A stretch of DNA of 64,000 nt, taken from assembly GCA_026683435.1 (NCBI GenBank), contig GCA_026683435.1_4866.1; one strand, 5' to 3'. The notes below the pieces were generated by a model that saw nothing but the letters and a program-made list of their open reading frames with translations, was not told where the DNA came from and did no database searches. Positions 18,221 to 28,293 of this stretch are shown piece by piece. The first letter of the stretch is position 1. Each line of letters begins with the position of its first letter. A program made the translations under genes and the position numbers. The DNA comes from a phage.

Positions 18221-18748
18221 CTACACACTCAACGTTTCAATGAATTTGATGCGCGCTGGGTGAAATGTGTGATAAACAGTTACCGGTGCGTGCGGGCCTT
18301 CGGCTGCGTGTATTGCGCCATCGTATCCGCTCAGCAACAGATGGTCATATATCGCACCACAGTTATACGCCACTGATGCCCATAGTGGTAACTTGTCAAA
18401 CTCTTTAGGGTGTTGGTGGTAAACCTCCATCAAACCCTTTTCAGGATGACGCTCTTGGATACGCTCCCACTCATTTGTTTCAATGAGCAAGTTCCCTTTC
18501 TTCTGTGCAACTGTCTGGTATTGATGCGGGGAAAGAATCTCGCGGAAATTACCGATATCGACGAACGGGTCAGTAGGATCGTCGATAAACGGATTGGTGA
18601 TTTCCAAAGAAACGTGGTTGATTAGCCGGCTGGGATTCGCTTTAACAATTTCAGCAGGGACGTCGATGTCTTTATAGACAACTTGAGAACGTGAAAGGTT
18701 AGCCTCAACAAACGGCTTATCAGTAACAATATAACCTTCGAGTTTCAT
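18221..18748 (-). CDS. hypothetical protein (175 aa)
   Basis: ORF only. Confidence 0.5.
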   Translation of the reverse strand: MKLEGYIVTDKPFVEANLSRSQVVYKDIDVPAEIVKANPSRLINHVSLEITNPFIDDPTDPFVDIGNFREILSPHQYQTVAQKKGNLLIETNEWERIQERHPEKGLMEVYHQHPKEFDKLPLWASVAYNCGAIYDHLLLSGYDGAIHAAEGPHAPVTVYHTFHPARIKFIETLSV

Positions 18749-19311
18749 TATAAGGCTCCTTTAAAGTGGTATGTCATGCTTTCTACGAGGTGAGAAGTCT
18801 GGCTTTCAAAGAAGTGTAAAACGGGTTCGAGCGGCACACCACCGAGATTATAAATAGTGACGTCCTGCTTTAATCCCGCATTAACTTCACTAAGAAAAGA
18901 CTCGATTGCCTGTTCGCTGTTCGTTGTGGAGAGGGTGATCATTGTTTCACCATCTTCGCTAAAGCCTGACGCATCTTGTAAACGTAAAACGCTTGGCACA
19001 GTTTTACTAATACGGATGTCTGGCGGAAGGACGACCTCCAATTGTGGCGTACGTACTTTACGCGCAAGGTAATTAACAAACAGATTGACATCAAGCTCAC
19101 TGACTCCGCAGCAAATGCAGTTTAGAACTGTTGCCAAACTCGTTGTCTTCCGTTCAAAAATTCCCTTGATCTGTTTAGCTTTATCGCTGTAAAGGAACAC
19201 CAGTAGTTGGTCGGGATTATCTGGTAAATCCTTTTCCACTCCCTCCCATTCCGGATCGTCGCGGATATGTTCTTGCCAGATATCGTTACGTATTTCTAAC
19301 AAGCGGAACAT
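18748..19311 (-). CDS. hypothetical protein (187 aa)
   Basis: ORF; stop overlaps the start of the downstream gene. Confidence 0.5.
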   Translation of the reverse strand: MFRLLEIRNDIWQEHIRDDPEWEGVEKDLPDNPDQLLVFLYSDKAKQIKGIFERKTTSLATVLNCICCGVSELDVNLFVNYLARKVRTPQLEVVLPPDIRISKTVPSVLRLQDASGFSEDGETMITLSTTNSEQAIESFLSEVNAGLKQDVTIYNLGGVPLEPVLHFFESQTSHLVESMTYHFKGAL

Positions 19312-19320
19312 ATACCCTCC

Positions 19321-19902
19321 TTACGCAACGTAAACCGCGCGATGGTTGCGGAAGCCGTGTTCTTCGGTAAGGTGGCGGGCGTAGGTGTGTTCAATAGACG
19401 GAGTATAACAAAGCAGATGCAGTTCCTGCCCTTCAGCTAGGCCAGGCAACATCACACTCAACCAGTCCATTCCACCGTTCTGTTGAAGCATGTCTTGAGT
19501 TAGCGTTAACGGTTGAACGATATGTTCCGGATTGCAATCGTCTTCACTTTTTGTAAAACGAAGAATTCCCGGACGAGAACCCTCCACCAGTACCGTGCGC
19601 GGTAAGTCAAACGCGACCACTTTCGCTTTCTGTTCGTAGGACGATTTATAACGACGTAACAGTCCAATATCGGTATCTAGTACGGTAGCCATCACGTTAT
19701 ACAGCATCACTAGACGGTCGTCGTTATCGGTGGTGACGTGTTTTACGAACACCAACATCGGAATACCTTCGCGTTGGAATACCACGAAGTCTGCTTCTTT
19801 GTATTTCTCGCAACCTTCTACTACCCGTGGGGCTTTCACGCGATAGCGGCGGGTCAGTTCTTCGTAGTTCATTTCATGTTGTTCAATAATTGGTTGTGGC
19901 AT
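19321..19902 (-). CDS. hypothetical protein (193 aa)
   Basis: ORF; SD AAAGAG upstream. Confidence 0.5.
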   Translation of the reverse strand: MPQPIIEQHEMNYEELTRRYRVKAPRVVEGCEKYKEADFVVFQREGIPMLVFVKHVTTDNDDRLVMLYNVMATVLDTDIGLLRRYKSSYEQKAKVVAFDLPRTVLVEGSRPGILRFTKSEDDCNPEHIVQPLTLTQDMLQQNGGMDWLSVMLPGLAEGQELHLLCYTPSIEHTYARHLTEEHGFRNHRAVYVA

Positions 19903-19920
19903 GGTTAAATACTCTTTACG

Positions 19921-19952
19921 GTTAAAAAATAAGAAGGGGGTACAAGACCCCC
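19921..19952 (-). terminator. rho-independent terminator
   Basis: Stem GGGGGT / GACCCC with loop ACAA; minus strand followed by TTCTTATTTTTTAAC. Confidence 0.6.
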
Positions 19953-19962
19953 GATGGCGAGA

Positions 19963-21201
19963 TTACAGTAAACGCAAATCTGCGACAAACAATAGTTGAC
20001 GGCCGTACTTAGTCACTTCTTTCCAGCCATTGTTAACACCCCATTTGATGATAGCGTCGTAATGCCATTGTTTCAGTTCGTTGGTACCCCACGCATCCCG
20101 TACCGCCTTCGCCGACATCAAATAAGCAGGTTCGGCAACGGAGCGCATTTCAGAATCTGGCAGGCGAGAAACAACATAACTGTTCACACGCTGCAGCTTT
20201 CCTGTCACCTGTATCCAGAACGCAGGCGATATTGTATTTGTCGGTCGGCAGTCAAATACCCACGCCGTGTCATTTTCACTGGCCGGGGTCTTGCGTTTAT
20301 AGATGCTTAACAGTATTTCTGACTGGATAACTTCGCGGAAAACAGCAAGAAGAGTGAGGACTTTCTCATTAACCACCTCATCCTTTTCGACCTTATAGTA
20401 ATCTTTAAGGTTTCCTGGCTCTGTTATCGGCATTACTGACCAAACATCGGCGTCTAACATCTCACCGAAATAATGGTTAGCGTTTTCATCAGATGTCCAG
20501 AACATCATATTGCTATCATTGGCTATGGTGACTAGATCACGCAGTGCTTCCTTGGTGTCTTCGTCAATTTCCACAGGTTTGGCTGCTTCACGCGGTGCGT
20601 TTTTCGTGTAGAATCTGCGCTTGCTTACCGCTCTATTCCATACGGTAGTAATTTGGTACGCAGTGAATTCGGGGAACTGCTGCACCAACACTTCCGCATC
20701 AACATCAAGCCGCTCTGAATTAAAGTTTTGTAATTTCTCATTAAACCCTGTATTCAGCTCTCCGCCAATCCACCAGTTGCTATCGCTTAGTGCAGGCATG
20801 TCAGGTGTTAACTCGAACACCGGTTTACCGGTCAGCAGAGTAAGAATGTAGTGCACCCACATTGTGTTACCCTCAGCAATGGCGCGTCCGATGTTTTGAT
20901 TACCCGATAGGTAAGCTACCCGCGAATCCCCTTCGAATGTCATGGTTAATTCAACCCACGGCGCTAAGTCAGAGACGTGGTGGCCTAAACGGCACTTTAC
21001 TTCCCCTTTGTCAAGCAGACGCTTTTCGACAACGGTTGAGAGCTTTTGTGGCAGGCACGCACAATCCTGCCACGTTACGTCGCTGTAAGCCATACTCCGA
21101 ATATTGAACTGCATTCCCAACAGTACAATTGAGTTAGTAATTACTGCATTAAAGAATGCTTCTTTCGGTGTCTGGTAAACTAATTCGTATTCGTTATACA
21201 T
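19963..21201 (-). CDS. hypothetical protein (~412 aa)
   Basis: ORF track 19963..21237; ATG at 21199-21201 is preceded by SD AAGGAAA. Confidence 0.55.
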   Translation of the reverse strand: MYNEYELVYQTPKEAFFNAVITNSIVLLGMQFNIRSMAYSDVTWQDCACLPQKLSTVVEKRLLDKGEVKCRLGHHVSDLAPWVELTMTFEGDSRVAYLSGNQNIGRAIAEGNTMWVHYILTLLTGKPVFELTPDMPALSDSNWWIGGELNTGFNEKLQNFNSERLDVDAEVLVQQFPEFTAYQITTVWNRAVSKRRFYTKNAPREAAKPVEIDEDTKEALRDLVTIANDSNMMFWTSDENANHYFGEMLDADVWSVMPITEPGNLKDYYKVEKDEVVNEKVLTLLAVFREVIQSEILLSIYKRKTPASENDTAWVFDCRPTNTISPAFWIQVTGKLQRVNSYVVSRLPDSEMRSVAEPAYLMSAKAVRDAWGTNELKQWHYDAIIKWGVNNGWKEVTKYGRQLLFVADLRLL

Positions 21202-21322
21202 TTGGTATTTCCTTTTAAAGTACACTAAAGTGACCAAAAACTGTTACTAAAGAACAGTTGGTGTTTAAGCGACTGTGGGTTTATACACAATGCTCACTAA
21301 GATGACATCTATCTGTAAAAAC

Positions 21323-21640
21323 TTAGTATACGACCAGTACGATGCAGTCATCGATAGCCAGATTCAGTAATGAGTAGTCGTTACTTAACCGCTGGTAACG
21401 CATCCCTTTTTCAAACTGACTTAATTGTTCAGTCGGCATGACGTATACCGCGCTTTGCACTACTCCCGTAAACAGTTCGTCGTAGAACTGGTCTACTTCC
21501 CCGACTTTGTAAAAGCGCATTCTTTGATTGTTAGCAAAGACGCTGTCTAGCTTCCCGTTACTGGCTTTCTGTAACGCAGTAAAGGCACTGTCTGCATCAT
21601 TACGCTCTAATGCACTTTTAATGGTTTGAAATAAAGACAT
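21323..21640 (-). CDS. hypothetical protein (105 aa)
   Basis: ORF with SD GAGGAG 9 nt upstream. Confidence 0.5.
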   Translation of the reverse strand: MSLFQTIKSALERNDADSAFTALQKASNGKLDSVFANNQRMRFYKVGEVDQFYDELFTGVVQSAVYVMPTEQLSQFEKGMRYQRLSNDYSLLNLAIDDCIVLVVY

Positions 21641-21824
21641 GGTACTGCACTCCTCGTTAGGTTAGAAGTCAAGGTCAACTACAAAACAAAAGGATGTCGG
21701 TATCCTACGGATACCTCCGTTTATGTTCGCATCCAATACATAAACCCCCTTACCCCCGTACTCTCCTCGATTGTCAAACGATGAGATCGAAACGTAAAAA
21801 AGTGTAGTATGAGAGGAGGGTGGT

Positions 21825-22757
21825 ATGAATAAATCTAAGTCAGGGTTGCACATCTTCTCGATAGGTATCGTCGCGGAAGATAAACCTCGTGGTGCCACTC
21901 GAGTTAAAGTCATCCCTATCGAAGTTAACTTTATTAATCCTACAGCTGTCGATGCAACAGAGACACCTGTAGAGAAGCAACACAACAGTTTAAGTGGTAC
22001 TGACAACCTTACTGTAAAGCAAGGTAATGCCATCACTGCAAAATGGATGAAGTCCAACAGCAACCGGGTTAACCCTCCGGATGTGAAAAAAGAAGACTAT
22101 GTAAGAATCTGGCGTATCGGTGAAACCGATATGTACTTCTGGGAAGATTTAAACAACAGTAACGTTAAGCGACTGGAAGATGGGGTATATGCCTGGTCTG
22201 CTGACCCAGTAAACCAGATGGCCGATGACCTCTCTAACGCCTACGTACTGAATGTCTCCCCGATGGATGGTCACGTTACTTTACGCACCAGTATGACTAA
22301 CGGTGAGAAAAATGCGTATTTGCTCCAGCTGAATACCCGTGACGGGTTTTGCCAGTTAGTGGATGACGAAGGGCGTAAGTTCTACCTCAACTCTCCAGAG
22401 GATGACTTAGGGTTTGAAAACGCCTGCCGGTCGAAGATTAATATCAATAAAGAGGACGCTTTCATTTATGCTAAACGTTCTATTAATCTCGAGACAAAGA
22501 CGATTAACGAGAAGTGCGAAACTCGCAACTCTACAGCGTCGAAAAACATGGCATGGACGACTGAAGACTGGAAGACCACATGCCCAACGAATCTATTTAC
22601 CGGTAACCTGGAAGTAGGTAAGGATTTCCTCTATAATGGCAAGGGTGAAGGTAAGGGTACATTCACAGTTACCGAATCGGTTATCGGCGGCATCACCTTT
22701 AGTCTTCACTTGCATACTGGCCATGGTCCGGGCAACGACACCAGTACACCGCACTAA
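21825..22757 (+). CDS. hypothetical protein (310 aa), His/Gly-rich C-terminal tip
   Basis: SD GAGGAGGG upstream; C-terminus ...FSLHLHTGHGPGNDTSTPH. Confidence 0.55.
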   Translation: MNKSKSGLHIFSIGIVAEDKPRGATRVKVIPIEVNFINPTAVDATETPVEKQHNSLSGTDNLTVKQGNAITAKWMKSNSNRVNPPDVKKEDYVRIWRIGETDMYFWEDLNNSNVKRLEDGVYAWSADPVNQMADDLSNAYVLNVSPMDGHVTLRTSMTNGEKNAYLLQLNTRDGFCQLVDDEGRKFYLNSPEDDLGFENACRSKININKEDAFIYAKRSINLETKTINEKCETRNSTASKNMAWTTEDWKTTCPTNLFTGNLEVGKDFLYNGKGEGKGTFTVTESVIGGITFSLHLHTGHGPGNDTSTPH

Positions 22758-22918
22758 TTTAATTACGTGTGAGCTGTATATTGTGACAATAAACCTCCTA
22801 ACTGTAACGATAACCCAAATCGCTTGTACACGGTTAGCCACTTTTTTCGCACAAAAGCCGGTTTATTGTCAACTAATTTACGAGACGGGGCAGTTAATAT
22901 GCCTCGAAGTACAAGTAG

Positions 22919-22946
22919 TTGAACATAGGGTTCTTCTGCTATCATT
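22919..22946 (+). promoter_or_regulatory. candidate sigma70-like promoter for the BhsA-like gene
   Basis: TTGAAC (22919-22924), 15-16 nt spacer, TATCAT/ATCATT (22940-22946), about 20 nt upstream of ATG 22966. Confidence 0.25.
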
Positions 22947-22965
22947 TGTTAATGGAGATAAGTAA

Positions 22966-23175
22966 ATGAGCATTCGTGAAATCACCGCAGGCAGCGACGT
23001 TTCTGGTCTGGTAGAAGCAGGCACTGTTCAGGTTTCTGGACTGAGCACCGTTACCGAAGTTACCGAAGCGCTGGCTAAGAAAGCCGAAGCTGAAGGCGGC
23101 GTAGCATTTAAAGTTACCGCTTGTGGCGGCAACAACAAAATGTTCGGCAACGCCATCTATTACGTAAACGCGTAA
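22966..23175 (+). CDS. DUF1471 (BhsA/YdgH-like) domain protein without signal peptide
   Basis: AGTVQVSGLSTVTEVTEALAKKAEAEGGVAFKVTACGGNNKMFGNAIYYVNA parallels the enterobacterial BhsA C-terminal domain (VGTISA..LEEQLAQKADEMGAKSFRITS...GTAVIYK); an in-frame stop sits directly before the ATG, so no signal peptide; SD GGAGAT. Confidence 0.55.
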   Translation: MSIREITAGSDVSGLVEAGTVQVSGLSTVTEVTEALAKKAEAEGGVAFKVTACGGNNKMFGNAIYYVNA

Positions 23176-23189
23176 TCGGCCTGCAGGCA

Positions 23190-23249
23190 AAAAAAAGATA
23201 TAGGTACCCTACTCCCAACGGGAGTAGGGTTTACCTTTTATTTTTTTCG
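23190..23249. terminator. bidirectional rho-independent terminator
   Basis: A-tract, stem ACCCTACTCCC / GGGAGTAGGGT with loop AAC, then TTACCTTTTATTTTTTT; overlaps the stop of minus gene 23238..24500. Confidence 0.7.
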
Positions 23250-24500
23250 TGCTTTGTAGCGATGCATTTCAACAAATGGCTTACCCCAAGCCCCGAAAGG
23301 CCCGACGATCGCCTGCGCGTCGTTTACCAAATTCTGGTTATACCAACGCGCGTTCCCCAACAAAAAGTTTTCCCGGTCGAAGAATGTGGTATTAAAGACC
23401 CACTCCCCTTCTTCCCAGGTCGGCCAGTACCCTACACATTTACCAATACGGTTAAAGATAGGACCTAGCGTCTTCTTCCCATCTGGGTCAGTCGGGTCTT
23501 TTAAATAGAACCGGCCCCAGATAGCGTTGTGGCTTATTCCGTGAATCTCTTTTTCGAGATACGGGTTGTCTATCGTAAAGATAAACGAGGATTCGTGCGT
23601 CAGCAACGCTTTTAACGTTTCTGAGTTACGAATACGTTGAACGGACGTAGGCGTACTTAAATCACCTACACCGATGGCGTCCCAATCGTAATAGCGACGG
23701 GTTTCCAATACAATCTTCGCCACGCTAAGGTTTGGCAGACTCAGCATAATCGCACGGTCGCTGAAATAGCCCTGCGGTGGCAACCAATGCAGAATACCCC
23801 CGATGACGAACCCAACGGTTTTCCCTGTAATGGAATCGGGTAAGGTCAACATTAACGAAGAATAGTAATCTCGCGTAGTATCGAGTTTGTTCATCGTTAA
23901 ACCGGATATGGGGTAAGTCTTCACTTTACCAATATTCGCCATCACTAGACAGCCGATGTCGGGTGTGTTGGCTCTCCGCACGATGTTACCAGCGCCGGTT
24001 AAGCGAACACCCACTGGGTCAGATTGGTGCGGTACCCATTGACCGTTGATGTTGTACAGTACCCCGGTACGGTATTTCTCTTTCCACTCATCGTCGCAGA
24101 CTACAACAACGTCGTGTGCATCATCAGGATTGAAGTCCTGAGTGTAGTGGTACCCAGGAGGGCACAGGTGCGTTTCTACGGGCACATCTGCATTAATAGA
24201 CTGGTAATGTGCCTCAACGAATTCGAGCTTCGGTAGGCCCTTCCCAAGCGTTGGAATCGCGATTCCTGACTTGGTGTTTAACCAATCTTGCAACGTGTCC
24301 GTACGGTTTTGTAAATCAGCCAGGTGATACTGGCTATAGAAGGTATATTCGGCACCTAGTGCTTCTAGTCCTACTTCGAAAAAGTGGTAGTTAGCACAAA
24401 GGGTATTTAAGGGCTGCGTGACATCGATGGTTCCCCAAGTTCGGGTGTCTCGAGAGAAGCCAAAAGCGCTGTCGGCCCGCACTTGATAAGCAGTAGTCAC
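23238..24500 (-). CDS. hypothetical protein (420 aa)
   Basis: Long ORF divergent from the fibre genes. Confidence 0.55.
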   Translation of the reverse strand: MTTAYQVRADSAFGFSRDTRTWGTIDVTQPLNTLCANYHFFEVGLEALGAEYTFYSQYHLADLQNRTDTLQDWLNTKSGIAIPTLGKGLPKLEFVEAHYQSINADVPVETHLCPPGYHYTQDFNPDDAHDVVVVCDDEWKEKYRTGVLYNINGQWVPHQSDPVGVRLTGAGNIVRRANTPDIGCLVMANIGKVKTYPISGLTMNKLDTTRDYYSSLMLTLPDSITGKTVGFVIGGILHWLPPQGYFSDRAIMLSLPNLSVAKIVLETRRYYDWDAIGVGDLSTPTSVQRIRNSETLKALLTHESSFIFTIDNPYLEKEIHGISHNAIWGRFYLKDPTDPDGKKTLGPIFNRIGKCVGYWPTWEEGEWVFNTTFFDRENFLLGNARWYNQNLVNDAQAIVGPFGAWGKPFVEMHRYKARKK

Positions 24501-24567
24501 TGGCTGTTTCCTCTAAGGATTCGGGTCATAGTATGAACTCGACGCCCTCAGAGAAAAGGAGTGTAAA

Positions 24568-27500
24568 ATGGCTGTCGTCCCTGACCCGCACTATCAAGAA
24601 CCGGGGAATATGCAGACCGGTGAAGCGGTAACGCCGATCGGTACTAAGTACCGGATGCTGTTCCCCGCACACGCCCCCTTTTATACCACATCCCTGGTGG
24701 TCAAGAGTGGCGGCAAGAAATTAACATTAGGTGATGATTACGTCATCACCCATGCGTACGTTACGGGCATGGCCCGCACTGGTCATGTTTGTCACGGCGG
24801 CGTGTGGATTACCAACCCGAAATACCAGAGTGGCTTTACACTCGATTACCATGCAATTGGTATCGGCGAAGCCACTGCAGAAATGATCGCCGCAGAACGA
24901 GAAGCGAATAAAGATCGGTATCCCGTAGACTGCCAATGGGATAACGTCATTGGGGATTTATATTTCCCACCGGTCGATATTAAGTTCGACTGGGAAAACT
25001 GGCGTGGCGAATCCGAGTTGATGGAAGCCATTGTTGCGGTTGGTGCTAAGCTCGGTGAAGCGATCAGCCGCGTTGACCCGATTGCTCGTAACACGTTAGA
25101 CCTTCAATATCGCGCCGGCGTCACGCTTATCACATCCGAGCAGTATGCGACGTACGACGGTACTGGCGGCTACACGTATAACGCGTCACGTCGTCGTTAT
25201 TCGTTATCTTACCAGAATACGACATTCGATGCGTATTCGTTAGCGGTAAAATACCGTTTACCGAGCATTCCACCGGAAACAACGTTGAATCCAGGCGAGT
25301 TGATCGATTGGATGCTCTGTTACGCAAACGGTGGGGCAAGTATCCTGCGTCTTCAGTTGAAGCAACGCGCGATTTATCTTACCTTAACGACAGCGATTGG
25401 TTCCGGTTCGTCTAATTACAGCTATACGTTGACGACTGGCCTGACCGATACCGAGTTGGCGGGTGAGGTTGAGTTTAGCGTGGTCAGACGCGAAGGTAAC
25501 GGCATTTACGACATCACCGTTAAAACAAGCAAGCAAACCGTTAACTACAGCTTTAACGTTGACAACCCACCGAGCGAATTTGCGCCAGGGTATCAGAAAA
25601 CTAATGTCGCAAAATGGTTGAAGTTTAAATCGGGCGTCAACCTAAACTGGTGGGCAGGTGAGAACGATTACGTCCAGATTCGTTCATTACCAGGCGCACC
25701 GGCACCTGACGTTAACAATGACGTGTACCAGCTGCTGGTAAAATATCACCAGATTGTCGATAAACTGTACCGTGATGCACCGGCACACACACACGTGCCG
25801 CGCAAGGATAACCCGCATCGCGATTCGTGGGGCGCAATCCGTGCTTTGGAGAATAACGGTATTGCTTCGGACGCGACACTGGTATACGGAAAAACGCAAC
25901 CGCAGCTGACAGATTACGTTAACAATCTGTTGCCGAAACTGTCAACGCTGGCGAATAAGCTTTTACGCTTACCGACGGCTGCACAGTCTATCAACGGCAC
26001 GTTCGGCATGAAGCCTGGCCTGACTTCAATAACGTCAGCAGTGGGTACCGATGAGTCTGAAGGCGTGGGTGCACAATTCACGGTTGACCCGAGGGTTATC
26101 CGTTTTATTGGACGCGATTCGCAAACCGTTAACGCCGGGAACAATCCGATTACATGGCAAGGTGGGGCTAACCAGCTCATCCTTTATCCGGATTCCCGTG
26201 GATTGGAGTTCAACGGTAAGAAACTGTTGGACCCTACTACGGTCGGGCCGTACCTGCCGGGTAACGAATCAGGTGGTGATGGACTGTTTTACGGAGCATC
26301 CACAGCTACTGTAACCATTAACGGTAACGGTATTCAGTCGGTTCCGTTCATTTGTACTTTTGTTCCACCGGAGTCCGACGACCTTGGCCTGATGGCTGTC
26401 CGTTTGTTGGCTACTGAATTCGGTGATCGTGAGGACTTGGCCGCAACGCCGGCACTCATCAAGAAATTGGATCAGCAGTTTACGGGCAAGTTGGTTGCCG
26501 TTAAATCGTACATCAACGACATGCCACTGACGAGTTCTATTTACATCGATAAAACTAACTTCGGCTTATCGAACGTACAGAACATCCCAGATGTACAATT
26601 GCCGATTTCCCCGCTCCAACAAGCTGAGCTGGACAAGTATGCAGTCGTCGGTCACAAACACACTTCTGCCGCGTTCGGGATTAAGCGTGCAACAACGACG
26701 GAGTTCGGTTTAGTACAGTTCGGCACCGCGGTTGACGATGCCACGCTGGCATTAGACGGCGGTGAGGTCATCCGACAGGCGGACGCCATCACAGAGATAG
26801 TGAAGGTTGCGAAGACAGTCGACTCTGGTGCTTCAATCAACATTATTCGTTACGGTTTACCCGGCACGGATATCATTGAAAACGGCATCACTTACACCGA
26901 CTGGATGGTTACTATTAAAGCGAACGATTATTTCGTTGGTCGCGAGTACAAAGTACCTCTCTCCACATTTAACTTGGCGGAGCTATTCCCAGCGACGCAC
27001 GAAGATGCCGAGTTTGGCGTGTATGTTGACGCGGCGGGCGATGATGGCAAGTACATTATCTACGAAAATCCAAATACGGCAGAAACTGAGACGATGACTA
27101 AAATAGGTTCCATCGTCACCAGTGAAACCGGTGTGGTGTTTGTAGAAATCCGCAACGTGACGCGTTTAGGTGAGTTTCGTGAATTAGGCGAGCATATCGA
27201 GGATGATAACGCCCATATTCGTCGGGGCATGACGCAAGCTGAATTCGGATTTACTTACGGTACCGGCGGGCCTGTGTGGTCCACGGGTGCACCGGGTACA
27301 AAACGTATAGATGCCGATTGGCGTTACGCGCAGGCTAGCAGCTATACGCCTATGTTGAAAGCGGACTACGATCCGGCTGCTGATAAATGGACGTTTAAAA
27401 CAACCGGTTTAACTGTAGCCGATTATCGTTTTGTCCACAACACATTCCCAATGTTCCAGAATAACGGCATTACCGCGACGTGGACACCTTTAACCGCAAC

Positions 27501-28281
27501 AGCGGACAGTGTGCTAGAAACGGTAATTGGGTGTTGCCATCACTCGGCCACGTTCATGCACCGTATTTCTGTACTCGTCGTACGCACCGCAGGGCGTATT
27601 ACCACTCCAGGCGGCGTGAGCACGTATGCGGGAATCGCGGTTAACTACGGACGTGCTGCTCAGGTTGTTATTGGCTTGAACGGTGTTACTGGTTCCGGCC
27701 ATGACTGGACGGCACTTAATCCATCGGTGCGTTTCAGCCACACGCGAACAGCGGACGGTATTTCGTTCGAGGGAACGATTAACATCGATTCCAAAACGAT
27801 TAACTTTGAGCTGACGCTAACCGCGACAACAAAGACGCTGAAATACACCTTGCAGTCGACCGGAGAGTCGTGGACTGAGGATTTGTCTACCCGTCTCCGT
27901 CCTGACTATATCGACTTGACGAAACTGATTACCGATCCGAGTACGCCGATTTATCACGGCGTGGGTGGTTTGTTTAGTTCCGACACCGAAGTGCGTTTGA
28001 CTTACGCTAACCTGAACACGATGCCGACAAAGAATCGTTATTACGCCACGTTCCTTGACTATGCGATTAACTATTCCGGCTTAAACCGCGCAAGATTCTT
28101 TACTGGCGTGGTGGATGCAGGTTCAACGATTAATGAGATGAACAGCGCGATGTGCAACTATTCATACAGTTCGTTCCGACCAGTGGATACAGGTAAAATT
28201 CCACTGGTGGCACACCCATCCAAGATGATGACGTTCAATCCGAAAAACACGTCAGCTCGAACACTTATTATTCGTGATTAA
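24568..28281 (+). CDS. putative tail fibre protein (1237 aa)
   Basis: SD AAGGAG; N-terminal domain (APFYTTSLVVK...LTLGDDYVI) shared with the next three genes; internal VVGHKHTSAAFGIKRATTTEFG motif paralogous to those in the next two proteins. Confidence 0.55.
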   Translation: MAVVPDPHYQEPGNMQTGEAVTPIGTKYRMLFPAHAPFYTTSLVVKSGGKKLTLGDDYVITHAYVTGMARTGHVCHGGVWITNPKYQSGFTLDYHAIGIGEATAEMIAAEREANKDRYPVDCQWDNVIGDLYFPPVDIKFDWENWRGESELMEAIVAVGAKLGEAISRVDPIARNTLDLQYRAGVTLITSEQYATYDGTGGYTYNASRRRYSLSYQNTTFDAYSLAVKYRLPSIPPETTLNPGELIDWMLCYANGGASILRLQLKQRAIYLTLTTAIGSGSSNYSYTLTTGLTDTELAGEVEFSVVRREGNGIYDITVKTSKQTVNYSFNVDNPPSEFAPGYQKTNVAKWLKFKSGVNLNWWAGENDYVQIRSLPGAPAPDVNNDVYQLLVKYHQIVDKLYRDAPAHTHVPRKDNPHRDSWGAIRALENNGIASDATLVYGKTQPQLTDYVNNLLPKLSTLANKLLRLPTAAQSINGTFGMKPGLTSITSAVGTDESEGVGAQFTVDPRVIRFIGRDSQTVNAGNNPITWQGGANQLILYPDSRGLEFNGKKLLDPTTVGPYLPGNESGGDGLFYGASTATVTINGNGIQSVPFICTFVPPESDDLGLMAVRLLATEFGDREDLAATPALIKKLDQQFTGKLVAVKSYINDMPLTSSIYIDKTNFGLSNVQNIPDVQLPISPLQQAELDKYAVVGHKHTSAAFGIKRATTTEFGLVQFGTAVDDATLALDGGEVIRQADAITEIVKVAKTVDSGASINIIRYGLPGTDIIENGITYTDWMVTIKANDYFVGREYKVPLSTFNLAELFPATHEDAEFGVYVDAAGDDGKYIIYENPNTAETETMTKIGSIVTSETGVVFVEIRNVTRLGEFRELGEHIEDDNAHIRRGMTQAEFGFTYGTGGPVWSTGAPGTKRIDADWRYAQASSYTPMLKADYDPAADKWTFKTTGLTVADYRFVHNTFPMFQNNGITATWTPLTATADSVLETVIGCCHHSATFMHRISVLVVRTAGRITTPGGVSTYAGIAVNYGRAAQVVIGLNGVTGSGHDWTALNPSVRFSHTRTADGISFEGTINIDSKTINFELTLTATTKTLKYTLQSTGESWTEDLSTRLRPDYIDLTKLITDPSTPIYHGVGGLFSSDTEVRLTYANLNTMPTKNRYYATFLDYAINYSGLNRARFFTGVVDAGSTINEMNSAMCNYSYSSFRPVDTGKIPLVAHPSKMMTFNPKNTSARTLIIRD

Positions 28282-28293
28282 GGAGATTTTTGA

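Noticed and set aside
21641-21824. Possible tRNA or small RNA in the 184-nt divergent intergenic region
   Set aside because: No T-loop (GGTTCGANTCC-like) or cloverleaf-compatible pairing seen; more likely divergent promoters. A weak TTGTCA-18-TAAAAA is present but unconvincing.
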